From Magallana gigas (taxonomy: Eukaryota), in contig NC_088854.1 in assembly GCF_963853765.1 (NCBI RefSeq), positions 12,152,001-12,216,000 on the forward strand: a stretch of DNA of 64,000 nt. The letters are read 5' to 3'. The notes beneath the pieces are model-generated. The model was not told where the DNA came from and made no database searches. It was given only the letters and a program-made list of their open reading frames with translations. The stretch's first letter is position 1. Each line of letters starts with the position of its first letter. Positions 23,490 through 37,169 of this stretch are shown piece after piece. The position numbers and the translations under genes are program-made.

Positions 23490-26400
23490 CTATACTAAAA
23501 AAAATGGATATGATAAGAAAACGGTGTAAATCGGCACTTGAATAAAGATGATGTTTCTTTTACATATGGATCAGTTCAGTCCACGATCACCGCATTGTGG
23601 TAGTTGCTGTTTATTGGGACCTTGTTTTAAACATCATTGCTTCCATTCTAAGCTATATCGATCGTTTCACATGGGAGCAATAAATACGATAAATGATTAA
23701 TTTGTTAAATCTTCCAATAAATATTGGTATATATTCCCCAATTCGGAATTCTGGTATCTGCTCATAATGCAGAATTTGCACGGGATGATTGATAAGGTTA
23801 TTGGAAAAATAAATGGCTGTCACAAGAATTTGGCTTTAGAATAAATTTGGCTTTAGAATAAATTAGCTGCACTCTCGGCAACTAATTGGGTCGTTTTGCG
23901 ATACAGGAAAATCGACCCTTTTTCATATTTATTTCAAAAGTATGAATCTATTTACAAATATGAATACCCAATCTGTCTTCTGCTTTATGTGAATCAAAGG
24001 TAAAACAATAAGTATATTGTTTTGCTAAGAAACTAATTTTACACAGCAAAGTTTTTAATTTAACCCTTTTCATGCTTTGAGTAATTAAAAAATTCTATTA
24101 GGTAATGAATTCGAATTTCCTCTCTGGTTCAGGTTCAAACAAATGTATTAGTCGATAGAAAATCCATTCCAATGTTTACAGGGCATAGAAAACATTGGCT
24201 GTTTTTCCTACTACTGTAGTGCATTCAAAAATATTCATTGTTTATTATTTCGGGAAACAGATAACAACTTTGTAAAAGAATATTAATGGATTGGGTTGTA
24301 AAGTAAAAGTATACAGTCTGTCTGCTATATTGAGAGCTACATATTTCTCACAACGGTCAGTACTTCTAATACGCTCACTATAAGGAGGTTGGCGCCTGAA
24401 ATAATAGTAATGTCAATCATCCAAAACCACTTGGTTATAAAAATGGGGACCTTAAATGTTAATTCATTTTATTTGCGACCCATGTCACATGCCTTTTTGG
24501 AAATATAGAGCCCCAAACAGATATTATAATTTTCCTGAAATGGTTGCTAAAATTTGACATGGAAATTGTTTATTTGAAGAAATAAAAATTTTTTTATAGT
24601 TTGAACTGTTATTTAGTTATGATTTTAATGCAGTATGAAGTTGAACACTTATAGTGACTATAAAAGTAAAATCTAAGTCAATGTTAAAAAGTCTTGCTTT
24701 ACCAGTGGCTTTAAAGGCCAGTACATAATGAACACCACAACAGATGTAACAACATGTTTGAGTTATCAAGTTATAACGCAATTTAAAAAAAATTATAGTA
24801 ATGTCATCTTTCCAAAACTTTGCATACAAACAGACATACATTCAATGTCTCATTTAAAAGTAAAACAAGTAGGGGTCATATCTCAAGAAATATAGTCTGA
24901 AATAAGCTTTTTTAGAATTAATATGTGATGCAGAATTTTCAGACTAGAAGAGACCAAAAATGACTACCCAAAACCTAAGGAGCGAACTCTTTAATACATG
25001 CATGTCGGATAACTGTTACACGTCGACGTCTTTTTGAAAATAATCACTTATATTTAGAAGCAACACAGTCCTTTGAACAGTGTAATTTTTTATATACCTA
25101 TGAGATTGATAATATCAATAACATAACAATATAGTCATTTTCAGCTCTGTTGCATATCTCTAAATAGGTTTTAATGCTCACAGCTGTTTCAGCAATTTAT
25201 CGGAAATGAGGAAATGTCGTAACTATATTCATGATTTTTTGTTGTTCAACAAATGAATTCTTTTATTTTGCACCTGACAGAATTATAGATAAAAGATACG
25301 ACTGCTCTGAAATTTACAAGAAGAATTTACGTAATCTATTTACCATCTGTCAAACAGCTATGTTTTGATTAAATAATAAAACGATTATTTTCGAACCAAA
25401 AATCAACAGCAGTTTTCCTTAACTTAATGTAATTTTCTCTTTTGGATATCGAAAGGTAACAAGTACTTACCTGCTTCATAAAGCCCTTGCAGAGTAATCT
25501 GTGATGATCGAAAGTACAAACGTGAGCTGTATTAACCTCGTCAAAACCTCTCCACAATGTTATTGATCGAGTGCAAGGTGCGAGGCTGATCCTTTGAACA
25601 AACAGTACACAAATTCATGAACCGTGGTGGGATAATTATTTCCTCTTGCGTGCCACCTGAGAAGCGGTTGAGTATCTCAATATCTTCGATAAAAACATCT
25701 CTTCGGACTTCATTTACAAGAATATAGCTCTTCTTTCCCTCCGAAAGGGACAGAATCGTCACCTCTAGCTTTCCAAAGCTTTTTCAGCACATTAATGATA
25801 CAATACTTTCAACGCCTTCTCGTGGCTCGTATTCCGCATCTCAACAAAATGTGGCAATAATCAGATTTGGGATTAATTATCGTACGGCCATGGTGTCAGC
25901 CATGCAAACCTGCAATATGTTTTCTGAACTGAGGCTTGACCTCGGATAAACCTTTCTTGACAGTGTAACTGTTCGGCCATTTTTATAGAGCCTATTTCTC
26001 ACATTGTCTATGATCCACCGTACCGTTATATTACACAATTGAACAACAGTATAGTTTTTGGTATGTACAGTTCTTATAAAGAAACATGCACAGCATTTCT
26101 TTCGACGATAATCAATGGTCACCAGATTCTCTCTTGGGGAGGGCTTTAAATTAATACATGTATAGTAAAAAGCAACAGGCGATTAAGTACACATTTTTCT
26201 TGATGAAACTGAGGCAAGGAAAGCCGCGCATCCCTAGAGGGTAGAGAGGCAGTTAAGTGGTGTATCTTCACTAACCGCCAAAGTTTCGTGAATCATTATT
26301 CGTGCAAGTCTACGATAATACACAATGAATGCATGCAACAATGACGTGTTAATACAATCAATTGTACAATTGTTTTATATGGTTGGAACTTAAATATGTC

Positions 26401-27043
26401 AGATGTGCGATATACCATATACATATAGCTATATAAATCATGCAATGTAGGAATGTGAAATTTTAAGTAATAGCAATGCGATTAATATACAGATATCTAC
26501 ATAAGTGCAGACCGATTATGTAGTTCAATCAGACTAAAGCAATAGTTATATCATAGTAAGTAACATTTTAATGATTGGGAGCGCAGCGACAGACCCCTTC
26601 TTAATCGTTATAATTTTAAATAATATGATCTAACAAAACCTTTATTAACATCGGCTGACCCAATGTTCTGCGCCAAACAAATATTTTTTCTTTTGTTAAT
26701 GGCTTAGAGAATGACATGTAAGCTTTCTATTGAAAGTTTGACGTCGCTGGAAACTTGAGAAATTCTGAACGATTGAGAGCATTACTTTAAATATTTAGCA
26801 ACTGCTGCTTGAATAAAAAATTGATATGTTCTAAATATTATTTTTACACATTCTTGAAACAAACAAAAAACAAAAATAAAAAACAACAAATGCTGTTCAT
26901 TACTATGCGATGATCAGATCTGGCCATTTGCAAACATTCAACAGTGCGTTTGTAGAAAAAAATGGACGGCGCAAGATTTATAGTACATGTGAAAGCCAGA
27001 ATTATTTTTATAAGCACGAAATGTAGTTGCCGCTTATATGTAG

Positions 27044-27304
27044 CTCTTAGAACCATTTTAACAAGACCTTGGACTCTCAGTAGGACGTAGCTATCTAATT
27101 CTTGCGTCAAAACAAGTTAAAAATGACGCGGTTTCAAGCGAAATTTGTACCGATTGCGTAGTCTTATCTCAAAAGCCAGACAAATCTTGTCGATTTCATA
27201 GAGCCATGGCTGAGTGACTGACAATGAAATAGACAGGCCTACGTCACATTGCTGTTTAACACCACCGCCCAAAGTCCAAGCTCTTGTTAAAATGGTTCTA
27301 AGAG
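27044..27304. mobile_element. ~260-bp MITE with ~30-bp TIRs
   Basis: ctcttagaaccattttaacaagaccttggact / agtccaagctcttgttaaaatggttctaagag; its left ~160 bp recurs at 35416-35575. Confidence 0.75.
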
Positions 27305-28222
27305 AAATCGTTGATATGCCGCATGTCATCCTTAGTTTTTCTCGTAGAGCTACGTATACATATAGATGGTAGATCTACAATTATTTATGCCTTTTTGTTG
27401 CAAAAACACCATTTATTGTTTGATTTTCTATATAATCTCTTATTGCAACCGTAATTTTTAAAGTGGTTAATTCTACAGGAATTCTTTGAAGTTTTAAATA
27501 TCACTCCATATCATGCCATTTTCGCATTTATTTGAAGTAAAATTAATATCGGTCATCATTTTTTAAAGTCCCGGTAGATTTTGACATCCAAGTTTTTAAT
27601 CATTTATATCACCAGAATGGATGTTAACTTTTTCATTGTCTTTGATAAATCATTTGTTTGAACGTAGAGAAAAATTACTTACGACACAACGGAACACAAT
27701 TTAATCAAGTATGTATTTTGAATAAACTTTTGCTTTTTAAACAGCTACATGTAGTGCTCTTTGAATTTTATAGATAGAGGAATTCGCGACAATTTTAAAC
27801 AGCAAAATCTCTGATTTCTATAGATAAAAGAATTCGCGACTTTGCGTTTATTGCAACCCGTAACTCGCCCTTAGAAAAATCTTTAACTTGATTCTTCAGA
27901 AGAATTATTTACTCATATTATGAATTTCAAATCAATTGTACATTTGTAAATATTTTTTTTTTGTACCTCATGTACATGTACCATTAATATGGTTTGAGAA
28001 ATATAAACATTTTAATCATTTTATTGGAATGCAGATTTGCATTCAGAAAGACAGTTGATATCAATATAGTTAATTGTCCGTGAAAACAATGAAGATGTGA
28101 AATATGTGGCCCGGTCGCTGATCAGCCTTTAATTAAGAACATATGTTGAGGTATGGTAAGAGAGAGAGGATGGGTCCCGTTGTGTTGTTTTACATGATCG
28201 GAATGCTCAGCTAATAGAGCAG

Positions 28223-28223
<1 letters not shown>

Positions 28224-28263
<40 letters not shown>
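28224..28263. repeat. (CT)n microsatellite
   Basis: About 20 perfect CT units, followed by a short tandem duplication tctcttgtcaggggtatgcatt x2. Confidence 0.95.
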
Positions 28264-28267
<4 letters not shown>

Positions 28268-30167
28268 CTTGTCAGGGGTATGCATTCTCTCTCTCTTGTC
28301 AGGGGTATGCATTTATCGTTCTAGAAGGCATGTTCCTTAGCCGCTATAAGAAAAAATTGATTTTAAATATTTGTTGATTTTCATATTTAAGACAGATAAA
28401 GTTTCTGAGAAATTTATCATGTTTTTAAATAATATTGATTTCATTATTTTGTCATATTTCTAAGCTGTAGCAAAAAAAGAAGAAGAAGATGAAAAATGGT
28501 ACATTTTTTAAGAGTTTTGTGAAGTAGAAAATATGTCCGCAGCCGTCGCCCACAGCGAAATTGATGTTTTGATACAAGACACATTGATATTAATAAACGA
28601 TAAAGTTATATGGATTTCGTTGTGGGGGACAACTTTGGCCATTTCTAATGTTACATTTCTAATAGCTTCATTTTCTAATAAAAATTCTTCTACAGATTTA
28701 TATCCTCTTTTCAATTATCAAAGAAATACGGGAAAATGCACTGATTATGATGTCACAATTACCCGTGTGAAAGTCTAAACAGGTAACTATTTGTTGATCC
28801 TTCATGTTTAGTTAATCTTGTTCAAACTAGACAACATTGAAAAGGTGACCATCTTAAAGTGCCCCGCATAAATAGTAGACAATACGATGAAAAGCTTTAC
28901 TATGACCTTCAGGGAAAAAAATACATATCTTAGAATTAGAGCTTTCTTCCTCTCTTTTTACAAATCTTTAATAGTGTTTTTCAGAAGAATTATTTACTCT
29001 TATATCTATTATGAATTTTAAACTCGTATAACGCTTGTTCCTGACCCCTTAGTTCCTGAACAAATTTAAATTTACACAAAGCATTTTTGTGTAATGTTAA
29101 TTAAGATTTTAATTTACAATACTTTATGATACAAAACAGTTTGGACAATAATGATATGAATATATATGTAATATTACATATAATAAGAGTAATAATAATT
29201 ATAATACTTGTAGTAGTAACAGTTTAAGTATATCTGATATATAAAACAAATATTACAAAAAATATTTCATCCTTTTTTGTGAAAAACTTTGGGGGGGGGG
29301 GGGGGGCAAAATTCACCAGTGTTAAAAAAAAATGATTGGAAAATCCTGTTACTGTTATTATTACATAGTGTTCTAAATGCCTACAAAGTTGAAATTTCGT
29401 GCTGCGGTAAACGAGGAGCTGCGCTTACAAAAACCCCCAGTTAAACGACTGATCGAAATCTAGAATACGGATACGGTACGGATAACAAACAATTATAATT
29501 ATTAGATTTAAACAACTTTTTTTTCAAAAAACCAGGACCTTCTTAATATAAGTTGAAGCGAAAATGAGGATTTTTTAAATCTTCAAGTCTTACTTTTTAC
29601 TTAATATCAAAGTTGGGAACAAGATCTTTAAATGCAAATGCAAACAATAAGCAATGATAATCGGTGCAAGTAAACCAGTCTATTTCTTTAGAGTAGGAAT
29701 TTACATCATGATGTTGCAAGCAACATATATTTAAAAAATTCCCTAATTTTCAATGTTCAAGAGTGGAGCGGATTTAGATTATCTTTATAGTATACATGTA
29801 TGTGTAGTGGGCGTGGTCATCAAATAGCCAAAATATTTAATGAACATCGCGTACGCTCTCCTAGAAGCTCTAAACAGTTTTTTGTTTTCCCTCGGACTGA
29901 AATGTCACATTTTCATTGGTTTAAACATAGCACGTGATTGCCTCATATATCTCTATATTTGTTCTTTGAGAAATAATATTAGGCAATATGGCCGTCATTG
30001 GTCGACGCTTCGCTTACTCATTTCGAAATTTCATAGTATTTTATACATAAACTGCATGCCGTAAGTTCTTAAAGTATTTGGAGTAGTTGCCCTTTAAAAT
30101 TCTTTAAAATTAGAGTAGTTGCCCTTAGAATATTGACGTCACATTGTTTTGTCTGGAGCAGAACAAA

Positions 30168-30390
30168 ATGGCAGCGTCGAAATTTGCTCAAATCTCTGCA
30201 GAGGAAAGGGAGAAAACATTTAAAATTGAATAGCAACAAAACATTGTAAGTAAACATGGGTGAAGCAAAGATTTTGAAAGAGTATTTGTAAGGTGAGATT
30301 GAAAATTTTGAAGAGTTAATCAGTTTAAATGAGTTAAATTGGAGGAGATGTAAGACATCTTGTACATGGCTTTGCGTAGATCATCGCTAT
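30168..30390 (+). pseudogene. Degenerate N-terminus of a Crypton-like (DUF3504-type) protein
   Basis: caaaATG then MAASKFAQISAEEREK..(fs)NSNKTL*VNMGEAKILKEYL*GEIENFEEL...DILYMALRR. This resembles the remembered pattern SRF..V.EEE....N.NT....W....F.EYL....FE.L...EL..LL..FY...R; it has multiple stops. Confidence 0.45.
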
Positions 30391-30434
30391 TTGTGAATTA
30401 ATATGTCGCTTGAAGGTCCTCGAGAAAACAAAAC

Positions 30435-30461
30435 ACTTATTAGGTTAGTTACTGACTCACT

Positions 30462-30494
<33 letters not shown>

Positions 30495-30512
30495 AGGCTC
30501 GGCTTCGCCTCG

Positions 30513-30549
<37 letters not shown>

Positions 30550-30576
30550 AGTGAGTCAGTAACTAACCTAATAAGT
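30435..30576. repeat. Perfect palindrome: 60-bp arms, 22-nt spacer
   Basis: 30435-30494 is the exact reverse complement of 30517-30576; spacer aggctcggcttcgcctcggcca. Confidence 0.95.
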
Positions 30577-31416
30577 AATAATGGCGTTCCCTGTGGTATC
30601 GTATTGTAGAGGTATCTCCACCTGACTTATTGTGGAAAAAGAATAACTTCTGAGTTATGGTGGGACGACATAACATGTTATATTCACATCCTGCATCATC
30701 AAAGGTATGACCAAAATGTCTATGCTGGTCTATGCGTCGCCTTCTTTGCGATGCTTCCTCATGTGTCGCCGGCAAGGTCGACATCAAAGAAGCGAGAAGC
30801 TTTAAAAGACTTAAATCACTTTTGCAGAATGGATAACTTACCAAAATTTACTGGTGAGGCTTATGAAATTACCGTATAAAGGATTTAACCAAAGAGTAAA
30901 GTTAATTTTTGCGCAACCGGGTCCAGAAGGTTCTCGAAATTGAGTTTGCAGGCCATTGTTTCGCAGTCATTTTAAAGTTTCAAAAGGTCCTTAGGACTTA
31001 ATGAGAATATACAATTTACAAGTTAATCAATTATTTACCATCTTCGTCGATACAAAATTAACAACCATTTATATATAATCTAATTAGCTAGTTCAACAGC
31101 GATTGACTGTACTATCGAAACTATTTCCAGAAATCAAACTAAATAGATGTTTGGTTTTCATTGCGATGGTTCTTTATCGTGCCATCAACGACAGGAAGCG
31201 TGCGCAAGATTTATAAAAAAAAGTATCTCCCTGAAATAAAAAGGGATTTGTTTTTTAACTTAAATATTGTGCGTTTGAACACGTTTCGTTGATTTTTTTC
31301 TTAGTTGAGATTTTAAAGCGTTGTATGTTTTATAATTGTCAAACAATAAATGAGTTATCTCAAGATATCAAACAAATGTGTTGACATATTTTGATATGGC
31401 TTTCCTTTACTTACAT

Positions 31417-32875
31417 AGCCAATCGCAACTTCTGGGGCCTTTCCGGCAAGCTCGGAAAAACACCTCAAATGTCTTAACATCACCGGATGATAGAATTTTA
31501 TACAAAAAGGAGTCGCTTCCCATTAACATAAGTATCGCCTTCAGTTGTATGTTGTTTCTGTGTTCTATTTTAGGGTATATCGTTGACTTTAATGAAGTAT
31601 AGCACACATCTCAACGGATCGAAAAATGTTTTGTATTTATATCAAGTTTTATAAGAAGGGGGTTTTCATGGACGCCTAGGTAATACACTCGAGGTATGGC
31701 ACGCCAAATTCACAAAAATGAGCTAAACATAGTTTCACAGTCGATAAACTAAGTTTATCAGCTGTTAACTATAGTTTATGGATCCTAAACTATAGTTAAC
31801 GATTCGTTTACTATAGTTTTCATCTGTGAAACTATATTTCACTAATGTAAACTATAGTTTACGAATGATAATCATAGTTTATCTCTCTGTAAAAACGTTA
31901 ACAAAAGATTTTGCTGATAAATATAGATTCACATTTGTTAATTATAATTCACAATCGTAAACTATAGTTATGAGTTAATAATAGTTTCACAAATCGTGAA
32001 ACTACATTTATCAGACAAATTCACAAAAATGAGCTAAACATAGTTTCACAGTCGATAAACTAGGTTTATCGACTGTTAACTATAATTTACGGATCGAAAA
32101 CTATAGTTAACGACGTTAATCTATATTTCACGTCTGTAAACTATAGTTAACGCGATAATCTATGTTTCACATCTGTTAACTATAGTTAACACTGAAAACA
32201 ATCATTTGCGATTGTTAAACATAGTTTATCTGATAATTACGAATGCGAATTGTATCTGATAAATATAGTTTCACAATCGTGAAACTATATTTATCAACTC
32301 TAAACTATAGTTTACTAATGTAAACTTTAGTTTACAGATGTGAATCTATATTTATCAGCAAAATCTATTGTTATCGTGTATTTCCAGACAGAAAAACATA
32401 GATTTGCATTCGTAAACTATAGTTTACAGATGTGAAATATAGATTAACGTCGGTAACTATAGTTTAGGATCCGTAAACTATAGTTAACAGCCGATAAACC
32501 TAGTTTATCGACAATGAAACTGTGTTTTTGCTAATTTATGTGAATTTGGCGTGCTTTAGATTTACCGTAGTTTACTGATCATAAAACCCTATTTATCAGA
32601 TAAACTATGTTTAACAACCGCAAATGATTGTTTTCAGTGTTAACTTTAGTTTACAGATGTGAAACATAGATTATCGTGTTAACTATAGTTTACAGACGTG
32701 AAATATAGATTAACGTCGGTAACTATAGTTTACGATCCGTAAACTATAGTTAACAGTCGATAAACCTAGTTTATCGACTGTGAAACTATGTTTAGCTCAT
32801 TTTTGTGAATTTGGCGTGCCATATCGAGGTGTTTTTCGGAGCTTGCCGGAAAGGCCCGAGAAGCTGCGATTGCCT
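31417..32875. mobile_element. Element with ~50-bp TIRs hosting the 31697-32821 insertion
   Basis: agccaatcgcaacttctggggcctttccggcaagctcggaaaaacacctc matches the reverse complement of gaggtgtttttcggagcttgccggaaaggcccgagaagctgcgattgcct. Confidence 0.7.
31697..32821. mobile_element. Foldback-like element with long TIRs, TA TSD and arrays of AACTATAGTT
   Basis: ta|tggcacgccaaattcacaaaaatgagctaaacatagtttcacagtcgataaac ... inverted copy ...ggcgtgcca|ta; interior built from short AACTATAGTT-type palindromic repeats. Confidence 0.85.
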
Positions 32876-33271
32876 TCATAGCATGATAAATGACAAAGAA
32901 TACAATACATGCAATTAAACTTCAATAAAACAGTGAAGTGAGATATCAATAGTTAATCAACGGTCACAACGAAGTTGATCGATGAATTTTGATAAATGTT
33001 CCATATGGGTAAATGATATTCAATGTCAATCAATGAATTTTGCAGAATGGTCTACGTCGACTTTTCCAATAGTATGTGACGGAAGCCCATAATATTGGCC
33101 AGAGACATTGGAAAGAAACAGATTCTGCGGCGGACTTGATGCAAAATTCCATATACATGTAGTCCAAAGGCATCAGGTCAACTTACTAATGGTCGAGGAC
33201 ATCCGCCAAAGCGGGGAAATTGCATCGCGATTATTAGAAAAACGAAATATATGATTAAGATGTTCATAAAG

Positions 33272-33375
33272 TCCTCTACCTAAATTGAGAATTTCATGGG
33301 CCCTGGGCCAGGGTTCTGACCATATGGTGTAGCTTTTATGACCATATAGAGAAAAAGTATAAAATCTTCCAAATT
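33272..33375 (+). repeat. Degenerate monomer resembling the oyster Cg170/Helentron-associated satellite
   Basis: ctctacctaaattgagaatttcatgggccctgggccagggttctgacc...gaccatatagagaaaa...aaaatcttc; similarity is from memory, single copy. Confidence 0.35.
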
Positions 33376-35415
33376 TTAGCTAACCCTTATATATTTGATG
33401 TTATATATTATAGATAAAAGCTGTTCAGATTCAACCGGCTAGCTTCCTCTTCAATTTTGAATTAACCGCTTACAATAATAACCACATAAAAACTTCAAAG
33501 CTAGGCAGTCCTCTGAAAACTATGTCTTAGTACATGCCAACAGACGACTTGAGACCATGCATCCTTTTAAGTTCAGATTTTAGCCTAAAGCTTGTAAGAG
33601 GGGATCTTAATCACATATACACGGGTTCGTTAGTTTAGGTACCTTTAGAATGTTCATCTTAATTGCTTTGTTTACACTTTCAGCATTTACAGGTTTTAAT
33701 TTGTTTGAGAATGTGATGGGAACATAATTCTTGTCAGCCAGATCAGCATTGTGCATACCAGAAAGTGGTCTGAAGATACACAAGAATGATCTGGGAACAA
33801 GGTCATACCGATGCGGTGCTAATGGTCAATGTCAATGTTTCGTTCCATGAATAAAAAATATTTTATTTTAAAAACGTTTTGCATTAAAACTTTTCCCTAA
33901 ACCTTATTTCAGCGGGGTCCTTTTAGATAGTCACAATTTCAGTGATGTTTAGTTTTTTTTTATCGGCTTAACTAATTTAATGCAAACTACCAATCTAATG
34001 CTTAATTTTTACTTTTTGTAATAAAATGGAGTCATTACTAATGTAAAAGGTGAAATTTTGGGTTGAAGTGGGTTTTCCCAAAAAATGTTGACCCGGGTAA
34101 GGTTTGTACAATTTGCGGTACTTTATAATCTTCCGATGGAAGAGAACTAATGCGCACAATAACTTGGTCAATGTTATTGTTAAAAATCATTTCTGCTGAA
34201 TTATTTTAAATCCTTGTAGGGTGTTTCTTAGTTATGATACATTATCGGCGATGTTCTTTGTTTTGGTGCAATATAATATTTTAATGCATGAATAGTTTTT
34301 ACAATCTCTTAGCCAAGCATCCCTTCTTGAAAAGCATCACATGTGTTTGATGTTAAAACAATGAAATTCTCATAAATTAATTGAAAATTTAATCCCTTTA
34401 AATTTCCCCTTGCGTCGTGTGTACGATACAATAACAGCTGCTAGCCATCGTAATGATTAAGAGTCGAATTAATTGAAGAGGCGTTAACAGTAAAACAAAA
34501 CTTTATAGGGGGTTCATGTGAAATTTCCAGCTCTTTACTTTCGATTTATATTTTATTATATTGAAAACAGAATCTTTAACAAGACCAAAAAACTTTATTT
34601 CATTGAAATATTCCTACTAGAAGTAAAGATACAAGATTTTCAAGTTGTTGTAACCGTTGGTTTATCATCCAATAAACAAAACACAACCGTTGAGGTTTAA
34701 ATTTGTTACTAATGCTATAATTTAAGCACCCTACAAAGTACATACAACAACATCAATATTTAATAACAATATGACACGTTTTATCACATTTGCAAATAAT
34801 AAATACGGAAATATTGATCATCATGCATAAAATATAAAATGTTACACTAGCAGTCAATTTCAAAGAATTTACTCTTCAAAGGGAAGTAACTCTTATTATC
34901 CGAGAATTCTTGTTATGACTGATAGAATGTCACTAACCTCTAAACTAGTTCTTATCTAAAACTCTTCCTGATGAATATTATAAATGAATTACATGCATAA
35001 TGAATATTTTAATTATTTCTAACTGTTTACAAGATATTAGAATATTTTATTTCCTAATTTTATTTACAGTTTGTAACCAGTAAAGGAATACATCATCACA
35101 ATGATTTATATCATACTATAGACAGATAAATATGATGCCAGAATTGTAAAGTTTTGCATTTTTGATATTTAAAATTCAAAATTAAATATAAAACTTGTTT
35201 AAAGTATTTGCAACCTATTTTGAAATTTGTCATGTTTCAAGCTGTACTTTGGTTGCGTCATAATTTGCATATTTTCAAATGGCCGGTAAAATAGTCGCCA
35301 TTATGGCGGAAATTTGCATATTTCAAAATATAGTCACCAGTAGGTTATACACAAATTATTAAAATTCATCTAAATACAATTTCCTCAAGTAGTTCAAATT
35401 TCCAATAAAATATGT

Positions 35416-36640
35416 GTTAGAACCAATTTAACAAGACCTTGGACTTTCAGTAGGGCGTAACTATCTAATATTTCGTCAAAACAAGTTAAAATGACGCGGT
35501 TTCAAGCGAAATATGCACCGATTGCGTAGTCTTAACTCAAAAACCAGACAAATCTTGTCGATTTCATAGAGCAATTTCCGTTTCACCTTCATACAAGCAT
35601 TCATACTTTGTCATCCATCCATTCAATCTTTTAACACACAAAACCTCCCTTTTGTACCAACAAACTTCTTTTGAAGTTTGATCTTTCATTTTTGACGAAT
35701 TTTTTTGGGAGTCTCAATAAAACTCGAAAGAAGAAATGATTATTATTTTTCTCCTTTTTTTTTAGTTTCGTAGCTTTAATTTGTTTTCGATTCATTCAAT
35801 TTTTGTTCAATCTGACTTAAAAGATGGTAAGAGAGTTTAGATTTTTCAGACACTTCTTCCAAATATTCATTTATTTGCATTACTTCTACCAGATTATATT
35901 CAAGATCGTCAATAGAATACATTACACCTTTACTGCTTTGTTGGAGAATTGGTTTTTTAAAAACTTTTGCTAGAAAGTATAGTACATTTTTTTTCTTAAC
36001 ATTAATTATGCAACTAACGCACCTTTTAGCAGCTGGTCTTTGTTGGATTCTTGAGACACCTTTAATTTGACAGACTGAATGTCATCTTTTTTCTGCTATA
36101 AATTACTCATATCTGTCAATTTATTTGTTAGCTTTACCTTTGGTTGTTCATTTTATTTAAGTGCATGACTCTTATTTCTTGTTTAGCTCTTAAAATTTCA
36201 ATCAAAGACCTTTGTCTTTCTTTTATTAACTCCATTTTTTAGATGCAGATTTTCTTACATCATTAATAATGGAAAGTTTCTTACTATTTGAAAGAGTATC
36301 TAACCAAGTAGATGTTTTATTTTAGTCCACATGATAACAAACTTATATGCAGTTGTAGAAGCTGATTGTTCAAGTCTCATTAAAACATCTAGTTGGACAA
36401 AATCTCTTTCAGAACACGTGTTTGTTGTTGTACTGCAGATGCTCTCAATTAATGAGATTCTGATAATTAAAAAAAAATATTCCACCGGGAAATTAATATT
36501 TTGCTTGCCTCTCAAGTATCAACAACATAACACCTATAGCCAATTCTGCTGCCATTTGAGTGTATGTTTTAGATATAGCATCATTTGTGTTCTCAAAAAG
36601 AGAATTATAAACCTCATCTTTAAATCCAAATCAGTGTTTT
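35416..36640 (-). mobile_element. Degenerate DNA-transposase remnant abutting a MITE-type terminus
   Basis: Minus-strand fragments QMAAELAIGVMLLILERQAK..PGG...TNTCSERDFVQLDVLMR...IMW..NKTSTWLD...KERQ...SSKGVMYSIDDLEYNL; many stops and frameshifts. 35416-35575 matches the left end of the 27044 MITE. Superfamily not assigned. Confidence 0.5.
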
Positions 36641-37169
36641 GATTAACTGTCAAGAATTGTTTTAATATCTGCTAGATGTTGATATGTAGCCCCGGCTGCA
36701 TAAAAAAAGTAGTTAAAACTTTGTCCTCTAAAGATAGTAAGTTTAATTTTTACACCTTTTTCTTGAGGTGGCCGGAGAAGTGGGACCCCACTCCTGACTC
36801 TTAACAGTCATGCCTTTCTAACTGTTATAATCAGTCTCGAGGCACCACTTTCCTTCCAATCAAAACTGAAAGGATTCTTCCCTAAACAAACATTGTTTTC
36901 AAAAATACTTAAAAACTTGTCAACTCGTATTTTGCAAAAATGTTATGCCACCCTCTCCATATCTTTTATGGAATTTCATCTCTATTTTTTGAACATTAGG
37001 AAGAAGACTTTGCCGTAATTCCCCTAAATGTCTATTTTATGCACCCTGGTCTGACATTGTTGAAATAATCGTACCTACAAGTTGAGAAAAAGATTTTTAA
37101 GCAGTTTGATTGTTCAGAAATATTTGTATGAAAAGCATTCATCAGACTATCGGCTATATTCATTATTCA

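Noticed and set aside
31697-32821. CRISPR-like array
   Set aside because: The context is eukaryotic, the repeats are irregular and inverted, there are no unique spacers and no cas genes.
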